Notes: generated by a model from the letters alone, not told the origin. A stretch of 64,000 nt of DNA from Bacteriovoracaceae bacterium (GCA_048270185.1 JBLWTJ010000003.1:1-64000); one strand, 5' to 3'. Positions 28,931-38,990 are shown, counted from the first letter of the stretch. Numbers and translations: made by a program.

Positions 28931-29272
28931 ATGAAAATAGGTGAATTATCAAAGTCCACAGGAATTCCATCATCAGCAATTCGTTATTATGAGAAAATGG
29001 GCCTACTTGTTCCTAAGAGAAATATGAATGGCTACCGTGACTATCCTGTTGAGGCAGTGGATCTTATGAAGCTTATTATTCAGGCCAAGTCTCTCGGTTT
29101 CTCTTTAGGGGAAATCAAGGCCATGGCAAAGGTCTTGGCCAGCAATCGACCAAATGGCAGACTTAGAGAACAACTAGAATTAAAACTAGAAGATTTAACT
29201 CAGCAGATTAAGGTTATTCGTCAGTTTCAGAAGAATATCAGGCAGATGCTCGATTCAAATTGTCCCTTATAG
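28931..29272 (+). CDS. MerR-family regulator
   Basis: MKIGELS..AIRYYEKMGLL..NGYRDY..GFSLGEI; C-terminal CPL. Confidence 0.92.
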   Translation: MKIGELSKSTGIPSSAIRYYEKMGLLVPKRNMNGYRDYPVEAVDLMKLIIQAKSLGFSLGEIKAMAKVLASNRPNGRLREQLELKLEDLTQQIKVIRQFQKNIRQMLDSNCPL

Positions 29273-29376
29273 TTATTCACAAAATGTGTGAAAATATTTC
29301 AGTGACAATTTACTTAGCGGCCAAAGCTCTCTAAAACTTAATGGAAAGTCATTTTATTTATTTTAGGGAGATAAAT

Positions 29377-30162
29377 ATGAAATCAATTCTAGTATTGGTT
29401 TGCATGGCCGTTCTATCAATAACAGCTAAGGCAAATACGTCTGAAGAATTAAAATCAAAGACAATTAAAAAACAAGCATGTGAGTTCCTAAAGTATGAGT
29501 ATGAAGGGAATAACTCTGATTATGATTACTATGGCAAATCACTCGAATCTTTTGGAATAGAAATCACACTAGAAAGTTGCCAAAAGATGGAAGCCATCGT
29601 GACAAGAAAGAAGACACAAGAGTTAGGTTCAAAGACATATATCGTGGGCCTTGAGCTTACACTATCAGATGAGAATTATACATGTGATTTAAGAGCAGAC
29701 CGCCGTGTGTCCGTAACTCTTAATAAACAAGACCAACCTGTAATTTTAGTTTCAGACTGGAGAATTGAAGAAGACCGTGATCCTGTTTGTTATGTTAAAG
29801 CAGCTCCTTCTTTAATCTCTTTTAATATCGAAAAAGATAGCGCAAAACTAAGAAAGATTGACTCTTCTAAGTTACCTGCAAAGCTTTATGTTCCAGATTA
29901 TTTAGAATTAGGTGAGCCTGATGATGGAACTTATGGTGCAGATTATGAAGCATTTGAACTTGTTGAAAATGGAGTTGTGATTGGTTTTATCCTCGACTAC
30001 TGGTATGCAAATACTGAGGGGGATTGGGCAAATCGCTATACACTTAAGTATAACGAAAATGGATTGTTACTAGGCAATCTCATTGCAAAAGATTACTATG
30101 ATCTTTGTGATTATCCTTATTTCGATAAAGATGAGGATAATAGTTATTGCTCAGAAAATTAA
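29377..30162 (+). CDS. Secreted Cys-containing hypothetical protein
   Basis: AGGGAG SD; MKSILVLVCMAVLSITAKA signal peptide. Confidence 0.72.
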   Translation: MKSILVLVCMAVLSITAKANTSEELKSKTIKKQACEFLKYEYEGNNSDYDYYGKSLESFGIEITLESCQKMEAIVTRKKTQELGSKTYIVGLELTLSDENYTCDLRADRRVSVTLNKQDQPVILVSDWRIEEDRDPVCYVKAAPSLISFNIEKDSAKLRKIDSSKLPAKLYVPDYLELGEPDDGTYGADYEAFELVENGVVIGFILDYWYANTEGDWANRYTLKYNENGLLLGNLIAKDYYDLCDYPYFDKDEDNSYCSEN

Positions 30163-30171
30163 AAAATATAG

Positions 30172-30196
30172 AGGGCCACTCCGATGGCCCTTTTTT
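30172..30196 (+). terminator. Intrinsic terminator
   Basis: AGGGCCA-ctccga-TGGCCCT followed by a T run. Confidence 0.75.
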
Positions 30197-30206
30197 GTGG
30201 ACGTTT

Positions 30207-30476
30207 ATGTATTCAGGCTCAAGAAGATATCGAAAAAATGATTGGTGGGATTTTGTGGAAGTAATCGAACAAGAGCTTACACGTGATCCTAGTGCTCAGA
30301 CATATTACAATATCTTTGACGAATTAAAGTGGCGTATCGTCGAATCCATCTCTGAGGGCGGAAATTTCAAAATTCGCATGAAGACCGAAGAATTAAAACT
30401 AAGATTTGAAGGTGAGAATTTTGAAGAAAATCAATTGCTTACTGAAATCAATGCTATCATTTCCTTTATTCTTTAA
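30207..30476 (+). CDS. Hypothetical protein (start uncertain)
   Basis: The track ORF runs through the terminator; ATG 30207 is the first start beyond it and has no clear SD. Confidence 0.45.
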   Translation: MYSGSRRYRKNDWWDFVEVIEQELTRDPSAQTYYNIFDELKWRIVESISEGGNFKIRMKTEELKLRFEGENFEENQLLTEINAIISFIL

Positions 30477-30550
30477 TAAATTTTAATATTCTTAAGTTTT
30501 TTTTAAAGTCACCTGCACGGTATCAATAGAGCTATAAAATTTTATAGTGT

Positions 30551-31762
30551 GTGGGGGATTCAATCGAATTAAGCAATGAAAACCTATTTCAAACAAAGCT
30601 TAAGTCTCTAGGGAGTCAAAGGCTTTTAAAGAACTACGAAGCGGTCAGAAGAACTAGTCTTAGGCTTTGTGATGGCCTAGAAGTCGAAGACTTTGTGGTT
30701 CAGCCAACTCCTGAAGTCAGCCCTCCTAAGTGGCATCTTGCTCATACTACTTGGTTCTTTGAAGAATTAATTCTCTGTAAACACGTTCCTGATTATCGTC
30801 GTTACGACGAGGGTTTCGCTCTCTTATTTAATTCATATTATAAGTCGCTAGGAAAGCACTGGTTACAGGGGGAGCGAGGGCAGCTTTCACGTCCAAGTGT
30901 TAGAGGAGTTCTTGCTTATCGCCAATACGTTGACAAGGCCATGAGCGAACTAATCTTAAGCTGGCAGATGGAACCAGAGGTCTTAAACCTTATTGAAGTA
31001 GGACTTAATCACGAGCAACAACACCAAGAGTTACTGCTGATGGATATAAAGTATATTCTTGCCTTGAATCCATCGCCCCCTAAGTTACAAATAAAAGAAA
31101 GTATTTCTATCGATCGTGATATTTGGCTTGAGCTACCAGAAGGTGTCTATGAAATAGGACACTCAGGTGAGAGTTTCTCTTATGATAACGAAAGACCTAG
31201 ACATAAATCATATATTCACCGTTTCTCGATAAGGAAGAATATGGTTTCAAATAAAGAATATCTGGAATTCATCGAGAACGGTGGGTACGAAAGTTCCGAG
31301 TATTGGTTAAGTGATGGTTGGGACTGGATTAATGATTTTAGTATTAAAGCTCCACTTTATTGGAAGAAGATAAACAGTCAGTGGTGTGAGTATAAATTAA
31401 ATGGCATGGAGTTATTGGACTTGAACTCACCGGTAAGACATATAAGTTATTATGAGGCGTATGCATTTGCTAAGTGGAGAGGGGCCAGGCTTCCAAGTGA
31501 GTCAGAGTATGAATTGATATTTGGTGAAGATAAGAGTGACCTTTGGTGTTGGACACATTCGGCTTATCAGGCTTATCCCGGGTTTCGCCCTATGAACGGC
31601 GTCCTTGGTGAGTATAATGGAAAGTTCATGTGTAACCAGCAAGTCTTACGTGGAGGTAGTTTTGCTACTCCAGATGGACATTACCGAGGAAGTTATCGTA
31701 ATTTTTTTAGGGCACATCAGAGATGGATGTTTTCTGGGATTAGAATTGCAAGGGATATTTAA
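30551..31762 (+). CDS. egtB: Ergothioneine sulfoxide synthase EgtB
   Basis: SPPKWHLAHTTWFFE, FNSYY, NHEQQHQELLLMD, GEYNGKFM; followed by egtD. Confidence 0.93.
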   Translation: MGDSIELSNENLFQTKLKSLGSQRLLKNYEAVRRTSLRLCDGLEVEDFVVQPTPEVSPPKWHLAHTTWFFEELILCKHVPDYRRYDEGFALLFNSYYKSLGKHWLQGERGQLSRPSVRGVLAYRQYVDKAMSELILSWQMEPEVLNLIEVGLNHEQQHQELLLMDIKYILALNPSPPKLQIKESISIDRDIWLELPEGVYEIGHSGESFSYDNERPRHKSYIHRFSIRKNMVSNKEYLEFIENGGYESSEYWLSDGWDWINDFSIKAPLYWKKINSQWCEYKLNGMELLDLNSPVRHISYYEAYAFAKWRGARLPSESEYELIFGEDKSDLWCWTHSAYQAYPGFRPMNGVLGEYNGKFMCNQQVLRGGSFATPDGHYRGSYRNFFRAHQRWMFSGIRIARDI

Positions 31763-32749
31763 ATGGAAATTACAAGCTTAATTGATTTTAAAGACAAAAG
31801 TGCAGACCTCGATCAATTTGCTCTAGATGTATTAACGGGGCTCTCTGTTAAGGAGAAAAAGATTTCAACGAAGTACTTCTATGATGATATTGGAAGTGAT
31901 CTCTTTCAAAAAATTACTCGTCATAAAGATTACTACCTAACAAGGACAGAGTTTGAAATCCTTTCAAATGCACGAGATGAAATTGCTAATAAACTCAGTG
32001 AAGATGAGGTCGATATTATCGAACTAGGAGCTGGCGATGGACATAAGAGTGAGCTTCTACTCGATTCTCTCTTAGCACAGGGAAAGACTGTTAATTACTA
32101 TCCTGTCGATATTTCAAGTGAGGCCATTAATCAATTAGAAGATACACTTAGACCTAAAGAGAATTTAAATGTACATGCAATTGTTGCAGACTATCTTGAT
32201 GGGTTAAAATTCTTGAAGGAGAAGTCAAAGAATCGAAAGATTGTACTCTTTCTAGGGTCAAATATTGGCAATTTTAACCGCGAAGGTTGTCTGAATTTCT
32301 TGAGTCAGGTTTGGATGAATTTGAATGATAATGATTATGCCTTAATTGGTTTTGATCTAAAAAAGGATATTTCAAAACTTAATGCAGCCTACAATGATTC
32401 AAGTGGCCACACTCGTGCTTTTAATTTAAATCTCTTAAAGCGTATCAATAAAGAATTAGGGGCAAACTTTAATATCGATAAGTTTCAACATGTCGGCTTC
32501 TTTAACCCTAAGATCGGTGCAATGGAGAGTTATCTTGTTCCAATCCAAAAACAAGAAGTCTATATTGAAAAGCTTGAGCAAAAGTTTGTTTTTGAAGCCT
32601 TTGAACCTCTGCACTTAGAATACTCTTTTAAGTACTCGGCCGACGATATTCATGAGATTTGTCAGCAGACAGGTTTTGTTGTGGAAGAACACTATAGTGA
32701 TAAGAAGCACTACTTTATCGACTCACTTTTAAGGGTGTGTAAACATTAG
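31763..32749 (+). CDS. egtD: L-histidine N-alpha-methyltransferase EgtD
   Basis: KYFYDDIGSDLF..YYLTRTE, ELGAGDG, LGSNIGNF, AAYND. Confidence 0.93.
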   Translation: MEITSLIDFKDKSADLDQFALDVLTGLSVKEKKISTKYFYDDIGSDLFQKITRHKDYYLTRTEFEILSNARDEIANKLSEDEVDIIELGAGDGHKSELLLDSLLAQGKTVNYYPVDISSEAINQLEDTLRPKENLNVHAIVADYLDGLKFLKEKSKNRKIVLFLGSNIGNFNREGCLNFLSQVWMNLNDNDYALIGFDLKKDISKLNAAYNDSSGHTRAFNLNLLKRINKELGANFNIDKFQHVGFFNPKIGAMESYLVPIQKQEVYIEKLEQKFVFEAFEPLHLEYSFKYSADDIHEICQQTGFVVEEHYSDKKHYFIDSLLRVCKH

Positions 32750-32785
32750 TTATAGCAATAAGTCTCTTTAGCGGTTATCCTATTT

Positions 32786-33151
32786 TTGATGAAATGGATG
32801 AAGAAGATTGAAGATATTTATCTTAATGGTGTGCTTTATGTTGCATCAAAGAAAAAAGGAATGCTCTTAAGGCTACGTCGTTCACTAGTCATTCTAAAAG
32901 AAGGATTAGAGCAAGAAACCTTTGAAACAAAGGAAATGTTCTCAATCTATAGTCGCTATACTCAAGGACAAGCAACGAAGGAAGAGATGCAAATTGCCAA
33001 TATGCAATTTCGTGAGATTCTAAAGGGACTAGGATTAGGAGTTCTACTTGTCTTACCATTTGCACCTTTGACCCTTCCCTTTGTTGTAAAACTAGGAAAG
33101 AAGTTTGGAATTGAGATAATTCCATCATCATTTAGAGATAAGAATAGATAG
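32786..33151 (+). CDS. LETM1-like small membrane protein
   Basis: ANMQFREILK..LLVLPFAPLTLP..IIPSSF pattern. Confidence 0.65.
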   Translation: MMKWMKKIEDIYLNGVLYVASKKKGMLLRLRRSLVILKEGLEQETFETKEMFSIYSRYTQGQATKEEMQIANMQFREILKGLGLGVLLVLPFAPLTLPFVVKLGKKFGIEIIPSSFRDKNR

Positions 33152-33159
33152 GAGCTATT

Positions 33160-33594
33160 ATGGGGATATATACAACAGTAACAAAAGGCTACTCTGATAG
33201 AATTGAGTTGGATCTGACTGCCGAACACAAAGATGGCCTAACGATCACTCCTCCTCCAGAGTTTAATGGTGTTGAAGACCAGTGGAGTCCCGAAGATCTC
33301 TTCAGTGCAAGTATATCAAGTTGTTACATACTAACATTTAAGTCTTTTGCTGCTTTTAAGAAAATGGAATTTAACCATATCGAAGTCAAAGCAGATGCTC
33401 ATCTCGAAAAAGTAGACAAGGGATTCGCTTTTACCAAGTGTGATATTTACGCTAATCTCGAAATTTGTTGTGAGAGTGATGTTGATCCTTATTTAGATTT
33501 GCTTTATAAAGCAAAGGATAACTGTCTTGTTACAAAGTCCATGAAGTGTGAATTCACACTCCATCCTAAGATTAAGAATCTTGCAAAGAAGTAA
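33160..33594 (+). CDS. OsmC/Ohr-family protein
   Basis: PPPEFNG..WSPEDL..SSC and CLV cysteine pair. Confidence 0.85.
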   Translation: MGIYTTVTKGYSDRIELDLTAEHKDGLTITPPPEFNGVEDQWSPEDLFSASISSCYILTFKSFAAFKKMEFNHIEVKADAHLEKVDKGFAFTKCDIYANLEICCESDVDPYLDLLYKAKDNCLVTKSMKCEFTLHPKIKNLAKK

Positions 33595-33595
33595 T

Positions 33596-34777
33596 TTACA
33601 TAAGACCTTTAAGCATTCCATACCAATAGACAGATGGTAGAATGTGGGCCTTCAGAAAGTACATACTCCATCGGGGCTTTGCCTGATCAAATGGAAAAGT
33701 TTCACAAGGCTTACCATCGTAATCAAACTCGGCAAGAATCAGTTGCCCATATCCTGTGACTATTGGGCAAGAAGAGTAGCCATTATATGAAGTATTGAAA
33801 TCAGTTTCTTTATTAATGAATTTAGCAATATTATCGGCCAGGACTGGTGCCTGCTTTCTTACTGCTGCTCCTGTTTTTGCTGTCGGTGCATTTGTGGCAT
33901 CTCCAATTGCAAAGACATTTTCAAACTTTGTGCTTTGAAAAGTGTGCTTGTTAACATCGACCCAACCATTCTCATCAAGAAGATTACTATCCTTTAGAAA
34001 ATCTGGTGCCGACATTGGGGGAACGATATGAATAAATGAGAAGTCTTTTTCAATAACTTTTTCTGAATCCATTTCCTTGAAGTACGCCTTTTGATTCTCG
34101 GCATCAACCTTTTGTAGATCAATTCTAAAGTGAGTATTAATTCCTCTCTCTTTAATGATTTTTTCTAGCGCAACCTTATACTTTGGCACTCCAAAGATAG
34201 CCTGACCTGCACTTGTGAACTCAATATTAACTCCATCGCGCTTACCATGACGACGTAGATAATCCTCAACTAAGTACATGATCTTTTGAGGTGCACCACC
34301 ACACTTTAAGGCCGATGATGGGAAGGTAAAGAGAGCATTACCCTTTTCAAGTTCCTGTAAGAACTTCCAAGTATAGTCCACATAGTTATAGTTATAATTT
34401 GAACAGACGCCGTTTTTACCCATACCTTCTGGAAGTCCCTCGATAGCACTCCAATTGATTTGAATACCTGGTGCGACTACGAGAATATCGTAGCTTTGCG
34501 TCCCACTCTTTTCCAATTCAATTTCATTCTTATCTGGTCGGATCTGAGTACAACGTTCTTGACGCCAATTAACGCCACTTGGAAGAACTGATGAAGTAAG
34601 TCTTCTAGTATCTTCTTTTTTGCCTATTCCGGCTCCATTGAGGGTCCAAAAAGGTTGATAATAGTGATATTCAGATGGTTCGATGATATCAATCTTAATT
34701 GACGAATTTAGTTTACGACGTAAGCGTGCCGCCATCGTCATTCCTGCAGTACCACCACCAATAATAATCACTTTCAT
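33596..34777 (-). CDS. sqr: Sulfide:quinone oxidoreductase (type II-like)
   Basis: HYYQPFWT, KCGGAPQKIMY, YNGYSSCP, LAEFDY. Confidence 0.88.
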   Translation of the reverse strand: MKVIIIGGGTAGMTMAARLRRKLNSSIKIDIIEPSEYHYYQPFWTLNGAGIGKKEDTRRLTSSVLPSGVNWRQERCTQIRPDKNEIELEKSGTQSYDILVVAPGIQINWSAIEGLPEGMGKNGVCSNYNYNYVDYTWKFLQELEKGNALFTFPSSALKCGGAPQKIMYLVEDYLRRHGKRDGVNIEFTSAGQAIFGVPKYKVALEKIIKERGINTHFRIDLQKVDAENQKAYFKEMDSEKVIEKDFSFIHIVPPMSAPDFLKDSNLLDENGWVDVNKHTFQSTKFENVFAIGDATNAPTAKTGAAVRKQAPVLADNIAKFINKETDFNTSYNGYSSCPIVTGYGQLILAEFDYDGKPCETFPFDQAKPRWSMYFLKAHILPSVYWYGMLKGLM

Positions 34778-34890
34778 AGCATTCCCCTAATTATAATTGT
34801 TCAAATTTTACCATAAAGGATTTTGGGCTCAACTTTAATTATCATTAAGAATCAGATAGAATAATGACAAACAAAAAATAGGAGACTCAG

Positions 34891-35745
34891 ATGAGTGAAA
34901 AATATATCCCACCAAAAGTGTGGACTTATGAAGAAGGCAATGGCGGAAAGTTTGCAAATATTAATCGTCCAACTGCTGGCGCAAGATTTGATAAAGATCT
35001 ACCACGAGGAAAGCATCCATTTCAATTATATTCACTTGCCACTCCTAATGGTGTGAAAGTCACAATCATGTTTGAAGAATTACTTGAGCTTGGAATTAAA
35101 GAAGCGGAGTATGATGCCTATACGATCGATATTGGAGAAGGCAATCAATTTGGATCTGAGTTCGTTGCGATTAATCCAAACTCAAAGATTCCTGCACTCT
35201 TAGATATGAATGGTGGAAATCCGATACGACTTTTTGAATCAGGCTCAATTCTCTTACACCTTGCTAATAAATTCGATAAATTTCTTCCGAAAGATGAAAA
35301 CAAAAGAGCGCAGACTCTTAACTGGCTCTTTTGGCAAATGGGTAGTGCTCCTTACCTTGGTGGTGGTTTCGGTCATTTCTATGCATATGCTCCAGAGAAA
35401 TTTGAATACCCAATTAATCGCTTTACCATGGAAACAAAGAGACAGCTTGATGTCCTCGATAAGCAACTTGCTAATAATAAATATATTGCAGGTGATGAGT
35501 ACACGATCGCTGATATCGCCATCTTCCCTTGGTATGGAGCCTTAGTTTCTGGCAAAGTCTATGATGCAGCAGAATTTCTAAGTGTTCATGAGTATGGGAA
35601 TATCAAACGCTGGATTGATGATTTAATAAAGAGGCCAGCTGTGCTTCGTGGCCGTCTCGTTAACCGAGCTTGGGGTGAAGAGAATCAACAGTTACTTGAG
35701 AGGCATGATAGTAGTGATTTTGAAGGGTTAGACCTTACATACTAG
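34891..35745 (+). CDS. yghU: GST-family disulfide oxidoreductase YghU
   Basis: YIPPKVW..NRPTAG..YSLATPNGVK, GGGFGHFYAYAP, ERHDSSDF. Confidence 0.93.
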   Translation: MSEKYIPPKVWTYEEGNGGKFANINRPTAGARFDKDLPRGKHPFQLYSLATPNGVKVTIMFEELLELGIKEAEYDAYTIDIGEGNQFGSEFVAINPNSKIPALLDMNGGNPIRLFESGSILLHLANKFDKFLPKDENKRAQTLNWLFWQMGSAPYLGGGFGHFYAYAPEKFEYPINRFTMETKRQLDVLDKQLANNKYIAGDEYTIADIAIFPWYGALVSGKVYDAAEFLSVHEYGNIKRWIDDLIKRPAVLRGRLVNRAWGEENQQLLERHDSSDFEGLDLTY

Positions 35746-35811
35746 CTAAATAAATGCTGTATAATTTTCAAAAGTATTTGCATATAGGTTCATAAAAGCT
35801 ACATAGGCTTG

Positions 35812-37017
35812 ATGAACAAACAACTGCTTATCTTTATCCTTATTCAGATGCTAGGCCCTTGTGCCTTTGCCCTTAATCTTGAAGGTAAGAGTTCCTATTT
35901 CAAAGACAAAGAAATTGAACGTGTTAATTCAGAGTTAACATCTTCTCAAATGGGCGAGCTTGATGCTTTCGAAGTGGAAAAGATCACTTGTGAGTACGAA
36001 TATTTTAAGGCCGTAAGAGAGCTTGATGGAGATATTAATCTTTCTGACTCGCTAATCTATCTAAGAGGGCAGGGAAGAATTGATGATACAAAGTATCGTC
36101 TAATTAACCGCAGTCTAAAATCATTTCAAGAAAGTTTAAAAGATAAGCACCTTGCTCCACTTTATCGTCGCGATAAAGACTTTGATAAGTCTCCGTATAA
36201 GAAATTTAATGAGGCCCTTGAAAAAGGGCAATGCTTCAATCTAGCCTATAAGAATCTTGTAAGCTCTATTGGTGAAACGAAGAAAGCTAAGATTATAAAA
36301 AGTCTTAAAGTTGCTTATCGAAAAAAACAAATTAATAAGCAGACCTACTGGCAGCTTAAAAGACTAGCTCAAGATCAGTATCAGGACGAGCCAAAATCAC
36401 TTCTTGATTATATCAAGGTTCAAGCATCTCTAACGAGACAATTTCCATCTCGAGTTGATATTGAAGCATCTGACTATATCTCTGGACGCAAGAGCAAGAA
36501 GAGCAAGGTTTCAAGACGTGAGCTTTTCTTAGCAAAGTATAATCAATTTCAAATTATCTATCTTAGAAAAATGATGGATCGTCTCCTTAATCGTCTTAAT
36601 GCTGATGAAGTGACAATCAGTGTAATTATTGATGATGAAGTGGTTGAAGAGATTCTTCTTGATCCTCTTGAACAATATCGTTTCGCTGCAAAAATGATTC
36701 GTAAAGAATTAGGGGACCTTCAGGTCATGAGTCTTTTTAATGGGACGAATGTGACTTTTGAGGATTTACTGGCCGCCGGTTTTGAAACAGCTTTAGTTTC
36801 AGGAAGTGATCTAGCAACACTTGAACTTGTTGAAGATGTTTGGAATCCAGAATTAACCAAATCAGAAAAAAGAAAGAAATTTATTAAGAAGTATGGAACG
36901 ATCTTTGCCGCAGCATTACCGACATCAGTATACTTTGTGAAAGTTCTCTCTCTTGTGGGAATTGAAATGTTAACTAAGACGAAAGAGGAGCCAAAGCGTG
37001 ATCACTCAATTTTCTAA
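35812..37017 (+). CDS. Secreted hypothetical protein
   Basis: Signal peptide, about 400 aa, basic, hydrophobic C-terminal helix. Confidence 0.7.
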   Translation: MNKQLLIFILIQMLGPCAFALNLEGKSSYFKDKEIERVNSELTSSQMGELDAFEVEKITCEYEYFKAVRELDGDINLSDSLIYLRGQGRIDDTKYRLINRSLKSFQESLKDKHLAPLYRRDKDFDKSPYKKFNEALEKGQCFNLAYKNLVSSIGETKKAKIIKSLKVAYRKKQINKQTYWQLKRLAQDQYQDEPKSLLDYIKVQASLTRQFPSRVDIEASDYISGRKSKKSKVSRRELFLAKYNQFQIIYLRKMMDRLLNRLNADEVTISVIIDDEVVEEILLDPLEQYRFAAKMIRKELGDLQVMSLFNGTNVTFEDLLAAGFETALVSGSDLATLELVEDVWNPELTKSEKRKKFIKKYGTIFAAALPTSVYFVKVLSLVGIEMLTKTKEEPKRDHSIF

Positions 37018-38200
37018 GTTATTCATTGTGATACTCATTTTTACCCAAAGCTCTTTTGCAGCTTTTAAAACAAAGGTTCTTACTCGTGATGAGGATATGG
37101 ATCTTGTTGAGAAAGTAGTGACTTTATCTGCAATTAACTCCGAAGGACTTCTTGAAGATGAGAACTTTAAGGTCGTTTCAGGTAAGTCTAATGAAGCTCT
37201 TATTCTCTCTCAAATAATGAATGAGAAAGAGCGTATGCGTGCAGCAAGCGTTTACTTTCACTTGATGAAGGCTAAGACTTATTTCCTTGAAGAGGTAAAG
37301 TCTGATTACGTAAAACAAATGAAGCAGCTAACTATTCGCTTAAATATCAAAAATCAATTTAATTCAATTGGTCACTTTGCTCATGATAATTTATCGCCAG
37401 AGTATAATAATGCCTTATCAATTCCTCCTGGTGAGGGACGTGCTAAGTTCGGTATCAAGCCATGGGACTATGAAATCTGGTTTCGGCCAGCAAAGGTGAT
37501 TAGTCTGCCTAAAGAAGGAACAGAAAATGACTTCAATGAGGTTTCTGTTCTTTTTAAAGAATTTAGAAATCAATCTCGTATGGCAAGTTTTCAAAAATTT
37601 GTGGCCGACATGTTTGTACTTAATTCGACTGAACTAACGGCTTCTGGTTTAAATCTACTTGGCTCGACAGCAATTCTTGAAGCGTCATTTATTGCGATGA
37701 AATACCTCTATGGCTTTATTCAGCCTAAGAACTTCATGCTTGATACAAGTTTCGTTCCTGAAATTGTCTATCATGAATTCGCCCATGTGGCACTTAGTGA
37801 TCACTTAACATTAAGTCACTCTTCTCCTGTTAATGAAGGAATGGCCGATTTCTTTGCGGCCGCTATCGCAAAGAGTTCTAAGATTGCTCATAATATTAAA
37901 GGTTATGCTAAGCGAGTACGCGAAAAGGATGCCTTTAGAGATGAACTATATCAAGTAGGGTATGAGTCAAATGCTTATGCCAATATTGATTTTGTTCTTG
38001 GTGTTCTTTGGCAAGTAAGGCAGATCAATGAAAAACGAAGCAATGAAATTATCTACAATGTTAGAAAAAATATAAATAGTAGTTCGACAATTAGAAAAGA
38101 TCTTGTGCGCTCCATTTTAAAGGAATGCCGCAAATCTTGTGAGTCTCCATTTCGTGATCGTATAAAGCTTCTTGATGCATACGATGATATGGGGCTCTAA
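36998..38200 (+). CDS. Secreted gluzincin-like metallopeptidase
   Basis: Signal peptide; IVYHEFAH..NEGMADFF (thermolysin/M36-type ligands). Confidence 0.72.
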   Translation: MITQFSKLFIVILIFTQSSFAAFKTKVLTRDEDMDLVEKVVTLSAINSEGLLEDENFKVVSGKSNEALILSQIMNEKERMRAASVYFHLMKAKTYFLEEVKSDYVKQMKQLTIRLNIKNQFNSIGHFAHDNLSPEYNNALSIPPGEGRAKFGIKPWDYEIWFRPAKVISLPKEGTENDFNEVSVLFKEFRNQSRMASFQKFVADMFVLNSTELTASGLNLLGSTAILEASFIAMKYLYGFIQPKNFMLDTSFVPEIVYHEFAHVALSDHLTLSHSSPVNEGMADFFAAAIAKSSKIAHNIKGYAKRVREKDAFRDELYQVGYESNAYANIDFVLGVLWQVRQINEKRSNEIIYNVRKNINSSSTIRKDLVRSILKECRKSCESPFRDRIKLLDAYDDMGL

Positions 38201-38312
38201 TACAAGTAACTTAACTTTTTTTAAGATCATCTATGCCATATGGCGTTGACAAATATTGTTTAGTTGTGTACTTACACATCGTTGTTAATTATTAATTTTT
38301 TGGGAGACTTAA

Positions 38313-38819
38313 ATGTTTAAAAGACTAGTTGCGTTACTTGTTGTATGTTGTTCTTTCTCTGCAGTTGCTAGCGTTGATGCTAAAATTGCTCCAATTTTTG
38401 AAGAACTTGAGTTTAAATTATCTGTTGAGTGGGATCAAAAAGATCAAGCTTTCTATGATTCAGCTGTTAAAAACTTCGAAGGTAAACTTTCAAAGTTAGC
38501 TGAAGAAGGTGTAGAGCCAACTGCTGTTCTTAACTACCTACAAACGAATATCAAAGATAAGAAAGTTGCAACTGAACTTTCAGATATTATCAACTCAGTA
38601 GATGTTCAAAGTATGTCTCTTGAAGAATCAAAATCACTTATCAAAGATTACGTTGATGGAATGAATAATACAGGTGCTAATTACTCTGGTCGTTATGGTT
38701 ACTACTATGGTTGGTACTACATCGCTTTTGGTGGGGTAATTTTCTATACTTACTACTACTCAAGCTATTACTACTATGACTGTTACTATGATTACTACGG
38801 TTACTATGTTTGTTACTAA
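38313..38819 (+). CDS. Secreted protein with tyrosine-rich C-terminal tail
   Basis: GGGAG SD, signal peptide, 22 Tyr in the last 45 residues, own terminator. Confidence 0.8.
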   Translation: MFKRLVALLVVCCSFSAVASVDAKIAPIFEELEFKLSVEWDQKDQAFYDSAVKNFEGKLSKLAEEGVEPTAVLNYLQTNIKDKKVATELSDIINSVDVQSMSLEESKSLIKDYVDGMNNTGANYSGRYGYYYGWYYIAFGGVIFYTYYYSSYYYYDCYYDYYGYYVCY

Positions 38820-38839
38820 TTAGAAATTAACATAAAAAG

Positions 38840-38864
38840 AAAGCCTCCAATCGGAGGCTTTTTT
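38840..38864 (+). terminator. Intrinsic terminator
   Basis: AAAGCCTCC-aatc-GGAGGCTTT followed by a T run. Confidence 0.85.
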
Positions 38865-38990
38865 ATTACCAATATCCTAGACATAATCCACCCCAATTTT
38901 AAATGAAACAAATTAATACTATTTGATTAGAGTATAAATCAATTTACTTATTGAGTGGCTAAGAGAGAAAGAAAGAGATAAGATGCACCT

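Noticed and set aside
38680..38819. TAC/TAT repeats as a CRISPR array, DGR variable region or microsatellite
   Set aside because: There is no repeat-spacer structure, template repeat or reverse transcriptase; the mixed codons fit a Tyr-rich coding tail.
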